Source of the DNA: Ruminococcus sp.
GTDB lineage: Bacteria; Bacillota_I; Bacilli_A; RF39; UBA660
Reading direction: 5' to 3'
DNA length: 64,000 nt
Assembly (NCBI GenBank): GCA_023663235.1
Contig: JAMPHW010000002.1
Coordinates: 146,608 to 210,607 of the forward strand
Shown here: in pieces, positions 37,849 to 48,200 of the stretch
How positions within the stretch are numbered: position 1 is the first letter of the stretch
Layout of the letters: each line of letters opens with the position of its first letter
Notes under the pieces: model-generated
The model's input: the letters and a program-made list of their open reading frames with translations, nothing else
What the model was told of the DNA's origin: nothing
Databases searched by the model: none
Made by a program: the position numbers and the translations under genes

Positions 37849-38769
37849 TTACCCCATTACTTCGCCACCATTATTATGAATTACTTGACCTGTAACATAA
37901 CTAGAATCATCAGAAGCTAAAAAAATAAAAGTTGGCCCAAGTTCATAAGGCATAGCACCTCTACCCATCGCTGCGTTTGCTCCTAAAGATGGAATTTTTT
38001 CTTTTACCCAACAAGCAGGCTGCAAAGGCGTCCAAAAGAATCCTGGAGCTATCGCATTTACTCTAATCTTTTTTAAAGCTAAATTTCTAGCTAAAGCTCT
38101 TGTAAAGCCAACAATCGCACCTTTGGTTGTCACATAATCAATCAATTGGGGATCCCCATAAAAAGCTGTAATTGATGATAAATTAATAATTGAAGCCCCT
38201 TCTTTTAAATAAGGCAAAACTTCTTTTGTTAAATAAAACATTCCATAAACATTAACTTTCATTGTTTTATCAAATTGTTGAGTAGAAATATCCTCTAGAC
38301 TATCTTGCTGATATTGTACTCCTGCGTTGTTAACTAAAATATCTATTTTGCCAAATTTTTTTAATGTATTTTCTACTATTTGTTTACAAAAATCTTTATC
38401 ACTTATATCTCCTGATAATAATAGACATTCTCCTCCTAATTTTTTTATATAATCTTTTGTATCACATGCATCTTTATGTTCATTATAATATGGAATTACT
38501 ACTTTAGCACCTTCTTTAACCATATAAATAGCTGCACTTCTTCCAAGACCACTATCTCCTCCTGTTATAATAGCAACTTTCCCTTTTAGCTTTCCGCTTC
38601 CCTTATATTCTGGATTATCAAAAATAGGACTAGGATACATTAAATACTCCATTCCTGGTTGTTCACTTTGAGATTGCTCTGGTGCTAATATCTTATACTT
38701 AGTGCTTTTAATACCTACATCATTAAAATAGGTATAATAATCATTTCCAAAATGATAGTCATAATTCAT
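37849..38769 (-). CDS. SDR-family oxidoreductase (YhdF/YghA-like, with N-terminal extension)
   Basis: ITGGDSGLGRS, NNAG, catalytic YVTTKGA (YxxxK). Confidence 0.85.
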   Translation of the reverse strand: MNYDYHFGNDYYTYFNDVGIKSTKYKILAPEQSQSEQPGMEYLMYPSPIFDNPEYKGSGKLKGKVAIITGGDSGLGRSAAIYMVKEGAKVVIPYYNEHKDACDTKDYIKKLGGECLLLSGDISDKDFCKQIVENTLKKFGKIDILVNNAGVQYQQDSLEDISTQQFDKTMKVNVYGMFYLTKEVLPYLKEGASIINLSSITAFYGDPQLIDYVTTKGAIVGFTRALARNLALKKIRVNAIAPGFFWTPLQPACWVKEKIPSLGANAAMGRGAMPYELGPTFIFLASDDSSYVTGQVIHNNGGEVMG

Positions 38770-38818
38770 TTTTATTCCTCCACTATACTATATGAAGAAA
38801 TTGTTAAAATGCCTATTT

Positions 38819-39967
38819 TTAAGATATTTTTCTTTTATTCTTAGAAATTATATTAGTTATCACAATAAATATAATAGCAAATATTCCTAAAATAATCATA
38901 TTTAAAATAATTGGCTTTAAACTTTCTAAATTTATCTTTTCTAAGTTTACTAATATTTCGTTACTTTTAATAAAGTAATATGTAGGAAAAATATGACCTA
39001 CAATTAATACAGAATTTGGTAACCACTCCATAGGAACAAACGCCCCACATAAAAAACTTGAACCTAAAGCAATAACATTTACAATTCCATTAATAGCATT
39101 TTTATTTTTTACAACACTACCAATTAAAAAGGATATTGCAAGCGCTACTATTGTAAATATAAATAAATTAATTATATATATAATCCCTCTAATACTAAAC
39201 ATAATATTTCCAACTAAAATAAAACTAATAACAACATAGATAAACCATAATAATAAACCAAATAAACTATTTGATAATAATAAATATCGATTTATTTTTT
39301 TATAACTAGTACTACTAATATTAGTTCTTTTAAGAATTTTTTCATCTTTAAAACTAGATAAAATTATCGCAATAACATAAACTAAGCCAGCTAGCAAACT
39401 ATAACTAGTAAAATTATAATATCTACTCGCATTTGTAAGTCCTTCATTATCTAAATTACTAGTTAATTTTACTTCTATTTCCTTATCTAATGTTTTATTT
39501 ATATTTTCAATTATTAACCTTTCATTATCTAAAGTTTCATTATAAACATTTGCAATATTAAGATACTTTTCTAAAATCATTTCGGCAAGCGAGGCATTAT
39601 AATCACCTGTACTTTTTACTTCAATCTGCGGATTCTTTTTATTTAAAAAATCTATTCTAAAATCATCAGGAATATAAATAATATAATTTACATCCCGATA
39701 AAATAAAGCATCATTTATTTTCGTATCTTCTAAAACAATATCTTTTATTACACATTTATCTTCTAAATATTGAATTAAATTTTTAGTAATACCTAAGTTA
39801 CTATCATTATTTATAATTAAAATATCTGGTTTATCAGCAACAAAACTACTATTTATATCATTATTCTTAAAATTAATACTAGCAAAAGAAACTAAAATAA
39901 CAGTATACATAATCACAATAAACTTATTCTTATTTAATACTTTTAAAAATGTTTTAAATACTGTCAT
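38819..39967 (-). CDS. ABC-2 type transporter permease
   Basis: 382 aa. N-terminal TM, large extracytoplasmic loop, then 5 C-terminal TMs. In an operon with the ATPase. Confidence 0.75.
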   Translation of the reverse strand: MTVFKTFLKVLNKNKFIVIMYTVILVSFASINFKNNDINSSFVADKPDILIINNDSNLGITKNLIQYLEDKCVIKDIVLEDTKINDALFYRDVNYIIYIPDDFRIDFLNKKNPQIEVKSTGDYNASLAEMILEKYLNIANVYNETLDNERLIIENINKTLDKEIEVKLTSNLDNEGLTNASRYYNFTSYSLLAGLVYVIAIILSSFKDEKILKRTNISSTSYKKINRYLLLSNSLFGLLLWFIYVVISFILVGNIMFSIRGIIYIINLFIFTIVALAISFLIGSVVKNKNAINGIVNVIALGSSFLCGAFVPMEWLPNSVLIVGHIFPTYYFIKSNEILVNLEKINLESLKPIILNMIILGIFAIIFIVITNIISKNKRKIS

Positions 39968-41135
39968 ATTTTTGCCTCCTTAAACTAATTAATGATAATA
40001 TTATCATAACACCAGAAAAAACTAATAAGCTTAAAATATTAAAATAAAATCTATCCAACGTATCATAATAATATAGAGAATAAAAAGCATCTGTTATCAT
40101 ACTAGCAGGGTTTATCTTATTTATTAAAGGCATACTTTTATCTATCATATATTTTATTTGAGGACCCATCATACCTGTAAAAAAACTTCCAAGCATTGTA
40201 AGAGCAATAATTATACCAACTTTAATTCCCTCATTCTTTTTTATTAAAGAAGCAACTGCAAGCCCTAAAGTTAAACCTGCTAAAGATCCTACTAAAACAT
40301 TTAAGATAATTAATGGTAAATTATTTCCAAAATCTATTTTTAAAATAAATAACATAAATAGAAATAAAATAGTTACACCAATTAATTGAACAATAAAACT
40401 AGCTCCCAAACTGCTTAAAATTAAATTTCCTTTAGGTGTTGGAGCAATACTTACTCTTTTGCCCTTTTCACTCATATTAGCAAGCTTAGAGTTAATCGCC
40501 GTCACTCCAAGAATACCTCCATAAAGACAAGTCATTGCCATTAAAGTATAATATTCAATCATTGTATAACTAAGATTATTTACAGATATATCTTTTATAT
40601 TAGAGGTACTATTTTCTTTTAAACTTAAAATTTCACTATAAACGTTATTATAAAAATTATCTAAATCTATATTATTAAAAGATACATCCATTTTACTATT
40701 TATAATATTACTTATCATATCTTCATTTTGAATAATTTCTTCAGTTACATATTTTATAATAGTGGCCTTTATTCCTTCTTTTTTAGTTACTATGGTAGGT
40801 GTATTTTCATTAAATACTATGTATCCGTCAATTTCATCTTTCTCTAACATTGGTTTTGTAATATCTTCAGTAATATATAAAGTATTAAATAGTCTATTCT
40901 CATCATCAACATCACTTAATTTTTCTATTACTTTTATAAATGATTTATTTAAATGATAATAATCATTTCTAACTACAACTAGATTAATAATATCTAGCCT
41001 TTCATTCGCTTCTATATTAGAAAAAGCCATATTAAAGAAAACACTCATAATAACGGGAAAAAGAAACGTCCAAAAAATAAGCATTTTATCTTTAAATAGA
41101 GTTTTCAAAGTATATTTAAAATTATGAATAAACAT
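39954..41135 (-). CDS. ABC-2 type transporter permease
   Basis: 393 aa with the same topology as the neighbour. Overlaps both flanking genes. Confidence 0.75.
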   Translation of the reverse strand: MFIHNFKYTLKTLFKDKMLIFWTFLFPVIMSVFFNMAFSNIEANERLDIINLVVVRNDYYHLNKSFIKVIEKLSDVDDENRLFNTLYITEDITKPMLEKDEIDGYIVFNENTPTIVTKKEGIKATIIKYVTEEIIQNEDMISNIINSKMDVSFNNIDLDNFYNNVYSEILSLKENSTSNIKDISVNNLSYTMIEYYTLMAMTCLYGGILGVTAINSKLANMSEKGKRVSIAPTPKGNLILSSLGASFIVQLIGVTILFLFMLFILKIDFGNNLPLIILNVLVGSLAGLTLGLAVASLIKKNEGIKVGIIIALTMLGSFFTGMMGPQIKYMIDKSMPLINKINPASMITDAFYSLYYYDTLDRFYFNILSLLVFSGVMIILSLISLRRQKYDSI

Positions 41136-42073
41136 TAGTCTCGAAGCTCCTTACCTGTTAGTTCTAAGAAGACATCATTAAGGGTTGGACGTTCAGAAAA
41201 TATCTTATTAAAAATAATTCCTTCTTTTCTTAAATAATCCATAAATTTAATTAAATTATTTTGTCCCTTTTTATATGTTACTTGCAATATATTATTTTCA
41301 TATTTTACTTCATCAACATTAGGTAACATTCTAATATTATCAAGATATCTACTATCTAAATAATTTATTTCTACACTTACTTTTTCTTCAATATTAACCA
41401 AACTCTTTAATTCTGTTGGAGTACCACTAGCAATTATCCTTCCTTTATCTAAAATAATTACTCTATCACATAGTATTTCTACTTCTTCCATATAATGAGT
41501 AGTATATATAATTGTAGCCCCTTCTTCTCTAAGCTTTTTTATTCCATCTAAAATATTATTTCTGCTTTGAGGATCTACTGCTACAGTAGGTTCATCTAAA
41601 AAGATTAATTTAGGCTTATGAGCTATACCACAAGCAATATTTAAGCGTCTTAATAATCCTCCTGATAATTGTTTCGGTAAAAATTTTTGAAATTCTTCTA
41701 GACCAACCAATTTTATCGCATCCAAAATATAATCTTTTCTAATATTTTTATCACTAATATATAACCCACAAAAATAATCAATATTATCATAAACTGATAA
41801 TTCATCAAAAACTGCCACATCTTGAAACACTACTCCTATTTGTCTTTTTATATCATAAGCATCAGGGTTCATCTCTTTACCAAAGATTTTTATACTACCA
41901 TCTTGAACTTTTAATAAAGATAATATAGAATTTATCGCTGTTGATTTACCACTTCCATTAGGACCTAATAAACCTAATATTTCTCCTTCATATACTTCGA
42001 AAGATAAGTTATCAATCGCTTTTAAATTCTTATATTCTTTAGTTAAGTTTTTTACTTCAATAATATTTTTCAT
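41135..42073 (-). CDS. ABC transporter ATP-binding protein (DrrA/CcmA-like exporter class)
   Basis: Walker A GPNGSGKST, signature LSGGLLRRL, Walker B FLDEPT. Confidence 0.9.
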   Translation of the reverse strand: MKNIIEVKNLTKEYKNLKAIDNLSFEVYEGEILGLLGPNGSGKSTAINSILSLLKVQDGSIKIFGKEMNPDAYDIKRQIGVVFQDVAVFDELSVYDNIDYFCGLYISDKNIRKDYILDAIKLVGLEEFQKFLPKQLSGGLLRRLNIACGIAHKPKLIFLDEPTVAVDPQSRNNILDGIKKLREEGATIIYTTHYMEEVEILCDRVIILDKGRIIASGTPTELKSLVNIEEKVSVEINYLDSRYLDNIRMLPNVDEVKYENNILQVTYKKGQNNLIKFMDYLRKEGIIFNKIFSERPTLNDVFLELTGKELRD

Positions 42074-42636
42074 TTATTATTCTCCTTATAACCATTTAAC
42101 ATTTCTAAAACTGTAGTTTCCAGTAACTTTTCTATCTCTTCATCACTTATATTAATTGTTTTCGTAGCAACTAAACAAGCTATACCATGCGTAAAAATCC
42201 AAACTTTAATATGAAATTTCTTTTGTTCTTCATATGATAAATTAGAAAGCATTTGTCCCTTTTTTATAACATCATTTCCTAAATCATCAAGCATAATAAA
42301 TTTTTCAGCATTAAAATTAGTTTCTTGCATAAATATCATTTTAAAGAATTCAGGATAATCTTTAGCAAACCTAATATAAGATAAACCCATTTCTTTATAT
42401 GGCTTTTCTTTATTAATGCCACTTAACATATATTCCTGATACTTTTCATATATCTTTTTAAAAGCTTCATTTATTAACTCTTCCATTGAAGCAAAATTAT
42501 GAAATATTGGTTGAACTGATGAACCTAAAAAACTAGCGATCCTTCTTGCATTAACATTCCTTAACCCTTCTTCTTCAATTATTTTACAAGTTATATCTAT
42601 AATATCATCTTTTTGAAATTTTTTTATTGGTGGCAT
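42070..42636 (-). CDS. TetR/AcrR-family transcriptional regulator
   Basis: 188 aa. N-terminal HTH (VNARRIASFLGSSVQPIFHNFASMEEL). First gene of the exporter operon. Confidence 0.75.
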   Translation of the reverse strand: MPPIKKFQKDDIIDITCKIIEEEGLRNVNARRIASFLGSSVQPIFHNFASMEELINEAFKKIYEKYQEYMLSGINKEKPYKEMGLSYIRFAKDYPEFFKMIFMQETNFNAEKFIMLDDLGNDVIKKGQMLSNLSYEEQKKFHIKVWIFTHGIACLVATKTINISDEEIEKLLETTVLEMLNGYKENNK

Positions 42637-42647
42637 ATTTCCTCCTT

Positions 42648-42669
42648 ATACATAACGAGCGTTATATAA
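42648..42669. promoter_or_regulatory. Candidate TetR operator palindrome
   Basis: ACATAACG-AG-CGTTATAT (ATAACG/CGTTAT perfect arms) lies immediately upstream of the tetR RBS. Confidence 0.35.
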
Positions 42670-42689
42670 CTGTTGTTATCATAACATAT

Positions 42690-42721
42690 AAAAAGAAACT
42701 TGTAAATAAAATACAAGTCTT
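42690..42721 (-). terminator. Rho-independent terminator of the 440-aa surface-protein gene
   Basis: Minus strand: AGACTTGTA-TTTTATT-TACAAGTTT followed by CTTTTTATAT, directly after the stop at 42725. Confidence 0.6.
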
Positions 42722-42724
42722 TAA

Positions 42725-44047
42725 TTAAGAAATTACTTTATAGGGAGAGACTATAGTTCCATCGCCTGTAAAAGTAACATCAGAACGTAAATTAATTACA
42801 GGTCTTACTCCAAGAGAATTTCTAACTTCCCAAGCACCAAGATAATTATCTCTAATCGCAAAATTCCTAGCAGCAGTAATATTACTACTTGATGTATTAT
42901 ATCTTCCAGGAGATATAGTCCAATAGGCTAAACCATTGTTTAAATAATTCATAGAGGCTGCTGTATACGAAAATCCAGCAAAAATTGCTTCATCGCCAGT
43001 TATTAAACCGATTGGATAAGTCATTTTTCTATTTCCACGAACTGCACTAGTAACAGTAAATAAGTCTTCATATCTATTACACGTATAACTTGGATTTCCA
43101 TAACGTATTCTAATATATGCTGAATAACGTGTTTCAGGTACATTTCCATAACCATTACCTGAAGCTAAACTTTTATCAACACAGAAACCCGCATTTTTAT
43201 CAATATATTCTTCATAGTCTTTTAAAGTATTATTCTCATACCAATTATATAAATATTGTTTTATGGTACTATCATTTATATTTTCGTGGGTAGCTTCATA
43301 TGTTATACTTCCAGCAGCTCCATACATGAAACCTACATAAGCATTATCATCACGATTTACATTAAAAGAACTAGTTCCTATTTGAGTACCTTCTCCTGTT
43401 GCATTAGATTCTGTTCCCTGATATATCATTCTAATTGTTCCATCACCGTTTATTCTGATTATTCTCCAGTAATATCCGCCAAATTCTACCCAGTTATCTG
43501 TTGGATTTCCTGCATAATAATATGTTACTCCATCATCATCTCTATCTGCATATATCTTTCCAGTTGTTTCTCCTTCTATTACTTGATTGAATGTTCCTTT
43601 TTTTCTATGTGTCATCTCTGTTATATGACTTAATATATAGCTTGCTGCACTTGTTGTTGCTTCTCTTCTTTTAAAATATAATATACATTTTGATGATTTA
43701 CTTAATTCGGATATGATATGTTCTCCATATTTATTTGTTTCCAATATAACACTTGTATCTTTATTATTTTTATCAGACCCTTTATAACAATAACTATCAC
43801 TTGTTAAGACATATCCTTTTCCTGGCATTGTAGTTTCTTTAGATTGTTCTATTCCATCTATATACATTGCCACTATATTAAAATCATATGGACTAGATAT
43901 TACTTTACCTTCTGTTAGTGGAATGGATGCAGTCATTCTATAGTTTGCTTTACTAGTTATAAAAGTTACTGTAATAGTAAGTACCACTGCACTTATTAAA
44001 CCACACAAAAAATATCTCTTGCTATTTCTATTTCTTTCAAATTTCAT
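42725..44047 (-). CDS. Membrane-anchored secreted protein of a paralogous family (440 aa)
   Basis: N-terminal signal anchor (YFLCGLISAVVLTITVTFI). Motifs YYWRIIRINGDGTIRMIY and C-terminal YWTISP...LGVRPVINLRSDVTFTGDGT..PYKV. Paralog at 63497-64000+. Confidence 0.65.
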   Translation of the reverse strand: MKFERNRNSKRYFLCGLISAVVLTITVTFITSKANYRMTASIPLTEGKVISSPYDFNIVAMYIDGIEQSKETTMPGKGYVLTSDSYCYKGSDKNNKDTSVILETNKYGEHIISELSKSSKCILYFKRREATTSAASYILSHITEMTHRKKGTFNQVIEGETTGKIYADRDDDGVTYYYAGNPTDNWVEFGGYYWRIIRINGDGTIRMIYQGTESNATGEGTQIGTSSFNVNRDDNAYVGFMYGAAGSITYEATHENINDSTIKQYLYNWYENNTLKDYEEYIDKNAGFCVDKSLASGNGYGNVPETRYSAYIRIRYGNPSYTCNRYEDLFTVTSAVRGNRKMTYPIGLITGDEAIFAGFSYTAASMNYLNNGLAYWTISPGRYNTSSSNITAARNFAIRDNYLGAWEVRNSLGVRPVINLRSDVTFTGDGTIVSPYKVIS

Positions 44048-44214
44048 TTTTTATTTGCTCCTTATAATAAGCAAATCCGGATTATTTTAGAAATTTCTAG
44101 CTTATACACTTATTATAATATCCACTATAATAAAAGTCAAGAAAAATATACCTATTTCCGAATTAAGTTTTATATATTTTTGATATCATGAGACAATTTT
44201 ATTGGTGATAAACA

Positions 44215-44676
44215 ATGATTTATAAAGAAACACTTAAAAATTTAAGAGAAAAAAATAACCTAATGCAAAAAGAAGTCGCAAAAATAGTTGAACTATCTAA
44301 TACACAATATTGTTACTATGAAAACGAAACAGAATTAATGCCTATAAAACATTTAAATACATTATGCAATTATTTTAACGTATCTTTCGATTATCTATTT
44401 AATTTTAACAATGAATTAAATTATAAAAACAGCACAAAAGATATAAATTTCATACTAGCTGGAACTAGATTAAAAGAAATTCGAAAAGAAAATAAACTTA
44501 CCCAAGCAAAACTAGCTACAATACTCAATACAGTTCAGCCTGTTATAGCTAAATATGAAAAAGGAATAAACCTCATAGCAACTCCTTTTCTTTATACAAT
44601 TTGCTATAAATATCATATATCCGCTGATTATCTTCTTGGAAAGATAGATACTCTTAAATATTTAAAAGAACAATAA
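44215..44676 (+). CDS. XRE-family regulator with two tandem HTH domains (153 aa)
   Basis: Same two-HTH layout as 24131-24583 (LMQKEVAKIVELSNTQYCYYE... and LTQAKLATILNTVQPVIAKYE...). Divergent from the 440-aa gene. Confidence 0.8.
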   Translation: MIYKETLKNLREKNNLMQKEVAKIVELSNTQYCYYENETELMPIKHLNTLCNYFNVSFDYLFNFNNELNYKNSTKDINFILAGTRLKEIRKENKLTQAKLATILNTVQPVIAKYEKGINLIATPFLYTICYKYHISADYLLGKIDTLKYLKEQ

Positions 44677-44698
44677 ACTCATTGGTTCATTGTTCTTT
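44665..44698. terminator. Bidirectional hairpin between the convergent regulator and ppa genes
   Basis: AAAGAACAAT ... ATTGTTCTTT 10-bp inverted repeat spanning both stop codons. Confidence 0.45.
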
Positions 44699-45188
44699 AA
44701 GCTCTCTTACTTTTATATCTTTTCTTACATTCTTCTATCAACTCTAAAGCTTCTTCTTTAGAATGATAATTACCCACTTCAACATCTATCTTTTGAAGCT
44801 TTTTATAGTTTTCGAAAAAGTTTTTTATTTCCTCTAATATAAATGATGAAATATCTTCTAAACTATTTATATTATCATATCTTGGGTCGCATGCTACAAC
44901 TGATATTAATTTGTAATCTTCATGTCCATTATCAAGCATAGCTAAATAACCTACTACTCTTGCAGGCACAACACATCCAGGATATGTAGGTTCTGTTCCA
45001 ATTACTAAAATATCTAATGGATCTCCATCATTAGCAAGTGTTTCATCTAAAGAACCATATTCTGCGGGATAACCCATCGCTGAATATAATACCCTATCTA
45101 ATTTTATTCTTCCTGTTTCCTTTTCTATTTCATATTTATTCCTTGAGCGATATGGAATTTCAATTATCGCCTCAACTATATCATTCAT
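44697..45188 (-). CDS. ppa: Inorganic pyrophosphatase, family I
   Basis: 163 aa. NKYEIEKETGRIKLDRVLYS and DGDPLDILV signature. Confidence 0.92.
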   Translation of the reverse strand: MNDIVEAIIEIPYRSRNKYEIEKETGRIKLDRVLYSAMGYPAEYGSLDETLANDGDPLDILVIGTEPTYPGCVVPARVVGYLAMLDNGHEDYKLISVVACDPRYDNINSLEDISSFILEEIKNFFENYKKLQKIDVEVGNYHSKEEALELIEECKKRYKSKRA

Positions 45189-45234
45189 ATATACCTCCTA
45201 ATTATATTTTAACATTATCTAAAGAAAAAATCCT

Positions 45235-48200
45235 CTATTTTGAGGAAATTTCTTTTTCGTATTGCATTTGTTCTACAATAAAATATATAAACATAGCACT
45301 TAAGAATAAATCAATAACGAATATTATCATATATAAGAACATATAATTATTGCTTTCTTCTTCTATCACATTTGTGTGGAGAGCTAAAGAACTAAGTGTA
45401 CCATTTTTATTATTTAAAGAATTATTAGTATCGTTAACCCTATCATTATGATTATTAACATAACTTAAACTTACTGTCTCTTTTTCGTCTTCTACTATAG
45501 CATCATTATCTATCCAATCAACTTTAGCTTCCGCTATTGATATATTACCAGCAATATCCTGATACATAAATTTAAATGTACCATTTTTACTAAATGTATA
45601 AGTATTATTACCATTATTATTTAAAATAACAATACTATCAGAACTCTTTAAAGTTGCCACTACAGACTTATTAGTTTTACTATTAATATCATAAGTTATA
45701 TCTCCTATAGAAGGCTCTTTTTCAATCCAATTAACATAAGCTCTTGCCGTTCCAATATTTCCTGCTTTATCCTTAAATCTAAATGTGAACTCTCCATTAG
45801 CAGTAAAAGTATATATATCACTACCATTTTCTAAATTGCCTTCTTCAGCATAATTATTTAAAATTGTTATATCTTCACTAAAATTTGTTAACCTAGCCAC
45901 AACTTCATTAGATGTTAAAGAATTAACTGAATATTCTATTTCGGCAGTTGGAACAGTTTTATCAATCCAATTAACTGTTGCCGTTGTACTTCCTTTTACA
46001 CCATTTTCATCTGTAAATTCAAAAGTAAATTCACCATTTTTATTAAATGTATAAGTATCACTACCATTATTATTAGTAATTGTTATATTAGTACTAGGAT
46101 TAACTAGTCTTACAATAACATTTTCATTAATAAGTTCTGTTCTATTATAATAAATTGAAGCTTTAGGAGCTTTATCATTTGAAGCATCACGATATAAATT
46201 AAACATCGCTGCTGTAATAAAATTTCTACCATCACCATAATTAGATGTTGCCTCTATTTTAACATATAAAGCTTCTGTTGGTGTAAATTGTTCTTTCTTT
46301 AAATTAGCATCATCACTCCAAGAAACATTTTTGAGTTCTCGATAATTAGTACCATCTGTACTAACTGATATAATACCTGTTTTAATGCGGCCATTATTAC
46401 TGTCTTGACTAGGAACATACTCTAAAGCACTTAAAGCAACTGGTTCTGATAACTTAATAATAATAAAACGATTAGTATCTTGACCATTTAAATTACTATG
46501 CCAAATAGTATTAATATTACCATCTATAGCATTTTTGGCATAACCGTTATTACTAGTAGCTTCACTTGATACGCTTTCAATAGCTAAATTAGATATAGAT
46601 ATATATTTTTCATTTATATTATTAGCTTCTTCAGTAAAGGTATATGTTAATGCTGGACTAGCTAAATTATCACCTGTAGCTTTTAATCTTACTTCTAAAG
46701 TCTTTTCACCATTTAAATCAGGTGAAGCATCTGTATAGCTTATCCAATCTGTAGTATCTTGATATCGCCATTCCATTAAAGAATTAACTCCAATTACTGT
46801 ATTTTCTAAATCATTAGCATATAATCCTTGAGGTTTTTCTGAATCTTTAAGTTCTATAGTATAAATATTTTCCTTAGAATAATCGGTTTCTGTCAAATGA
46901 ATTCTTATACCATTTTCACTTGTTAGACTAGCTATTTCATTATTATCTAACTTCTTTTTATTTTCACTTACTGAAATCCATGTATTACCACCATCTAAAC
47001 TATACTCCCAATTTGGAATTTCATTAAAACGATTAGATAAAAGAATTGTATTAGCATTCACACCATCAAAATTGAATATAGCTATTTTCTTAACATAAAC
47101 TTCTAAAAGAGATTCTGCTACATCTCTTACTTCTTCTTTATTACTACTAACAGCTTCTCTTAAAGCTTTCTCATGTAAATTACTAAATTTTAAAATATAT
47201 TCTAAAGAAGTCATCTCATCACTTATTTGTCTTAATAAATCATGCATTGGAAGTGGATAATTTTTATAATTTTCTGTTATTTTTAAAGCTAAATCATACC
47301 AATTACTTTCTGTCTCATTATTTTCGCGATATAAATTAATTAAATTATACCAAGCATTAAAATTGATATTTTCAAGATTAATAACATCTTCATATATTTC
47401 TTTTAAAGTTTCTTTATCATCTTTAAATACATCAGCTAAACACATTAATTCTTGTGCTTTTTCATATTTATCATACTCATTTAAAGCATCTTGAGCTAAA
47501 ATAATATAACTAAGAGGTCTAACATCATTAGTATAAGTAGCATAATCATATTCACCCCAAGAATTAAGCATACGACTAGCTATTTTATCAGTTCTACCTA
47601 CTTTACTCCAATTAGAAACATCATTTTCTATTTTCCAATAACCAGCTCCATCATTATTTAAATTATAAGATAAATAAGAAGTATGTCCAGGTTCGCTAAC
47701 TACAACTGAAGGTATACCAATAGAACCATTAATATTAGCTCCTACTTTTGATATAGAACCAGTTGTTCCGCCTTCTTCTAAGACAATCCAAAGTTTAGGA
47801 TAAAGACCTTGGTTTTCAATTTTATAAGCACTTAAACTATATTTATCATCCCATTTTTTATATTCTGAAGATGAAGTATTATAATATTTCTTATCATAAT
47901 AATTATAATTATTTTTATATTCTAAAAATTGATACGTTTCATTAATATTAGATTTAGTATAATTATTTAACCATTCTATTTCTTCATCGCTAATTAAATT
48001 ATTCATTACTAAACGCATTTCTTCAACTGTTAAAGATTCAAATATTTTATTATCTAAACTATTACTTAAATATAACTTTTTATATACTTCATATCTACTA
48101 ACGGCATCTGAGATTATTCCCTCATCTAACCAAGAATAAACATCTTCAGCATGTGTTAAAGATAAACTTAACATCATTGTTCGATATAAATCACCATAAG

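Noticed and set aside
43256-43633. 125-aa plus-strand ORF antisense to the 440-aa surface-protein gene.
   Set aside because: Cys/Ile/Ser/Tyr-rich nonsense composition, no RBS, fully nested in the longer paralog-supported ORF.
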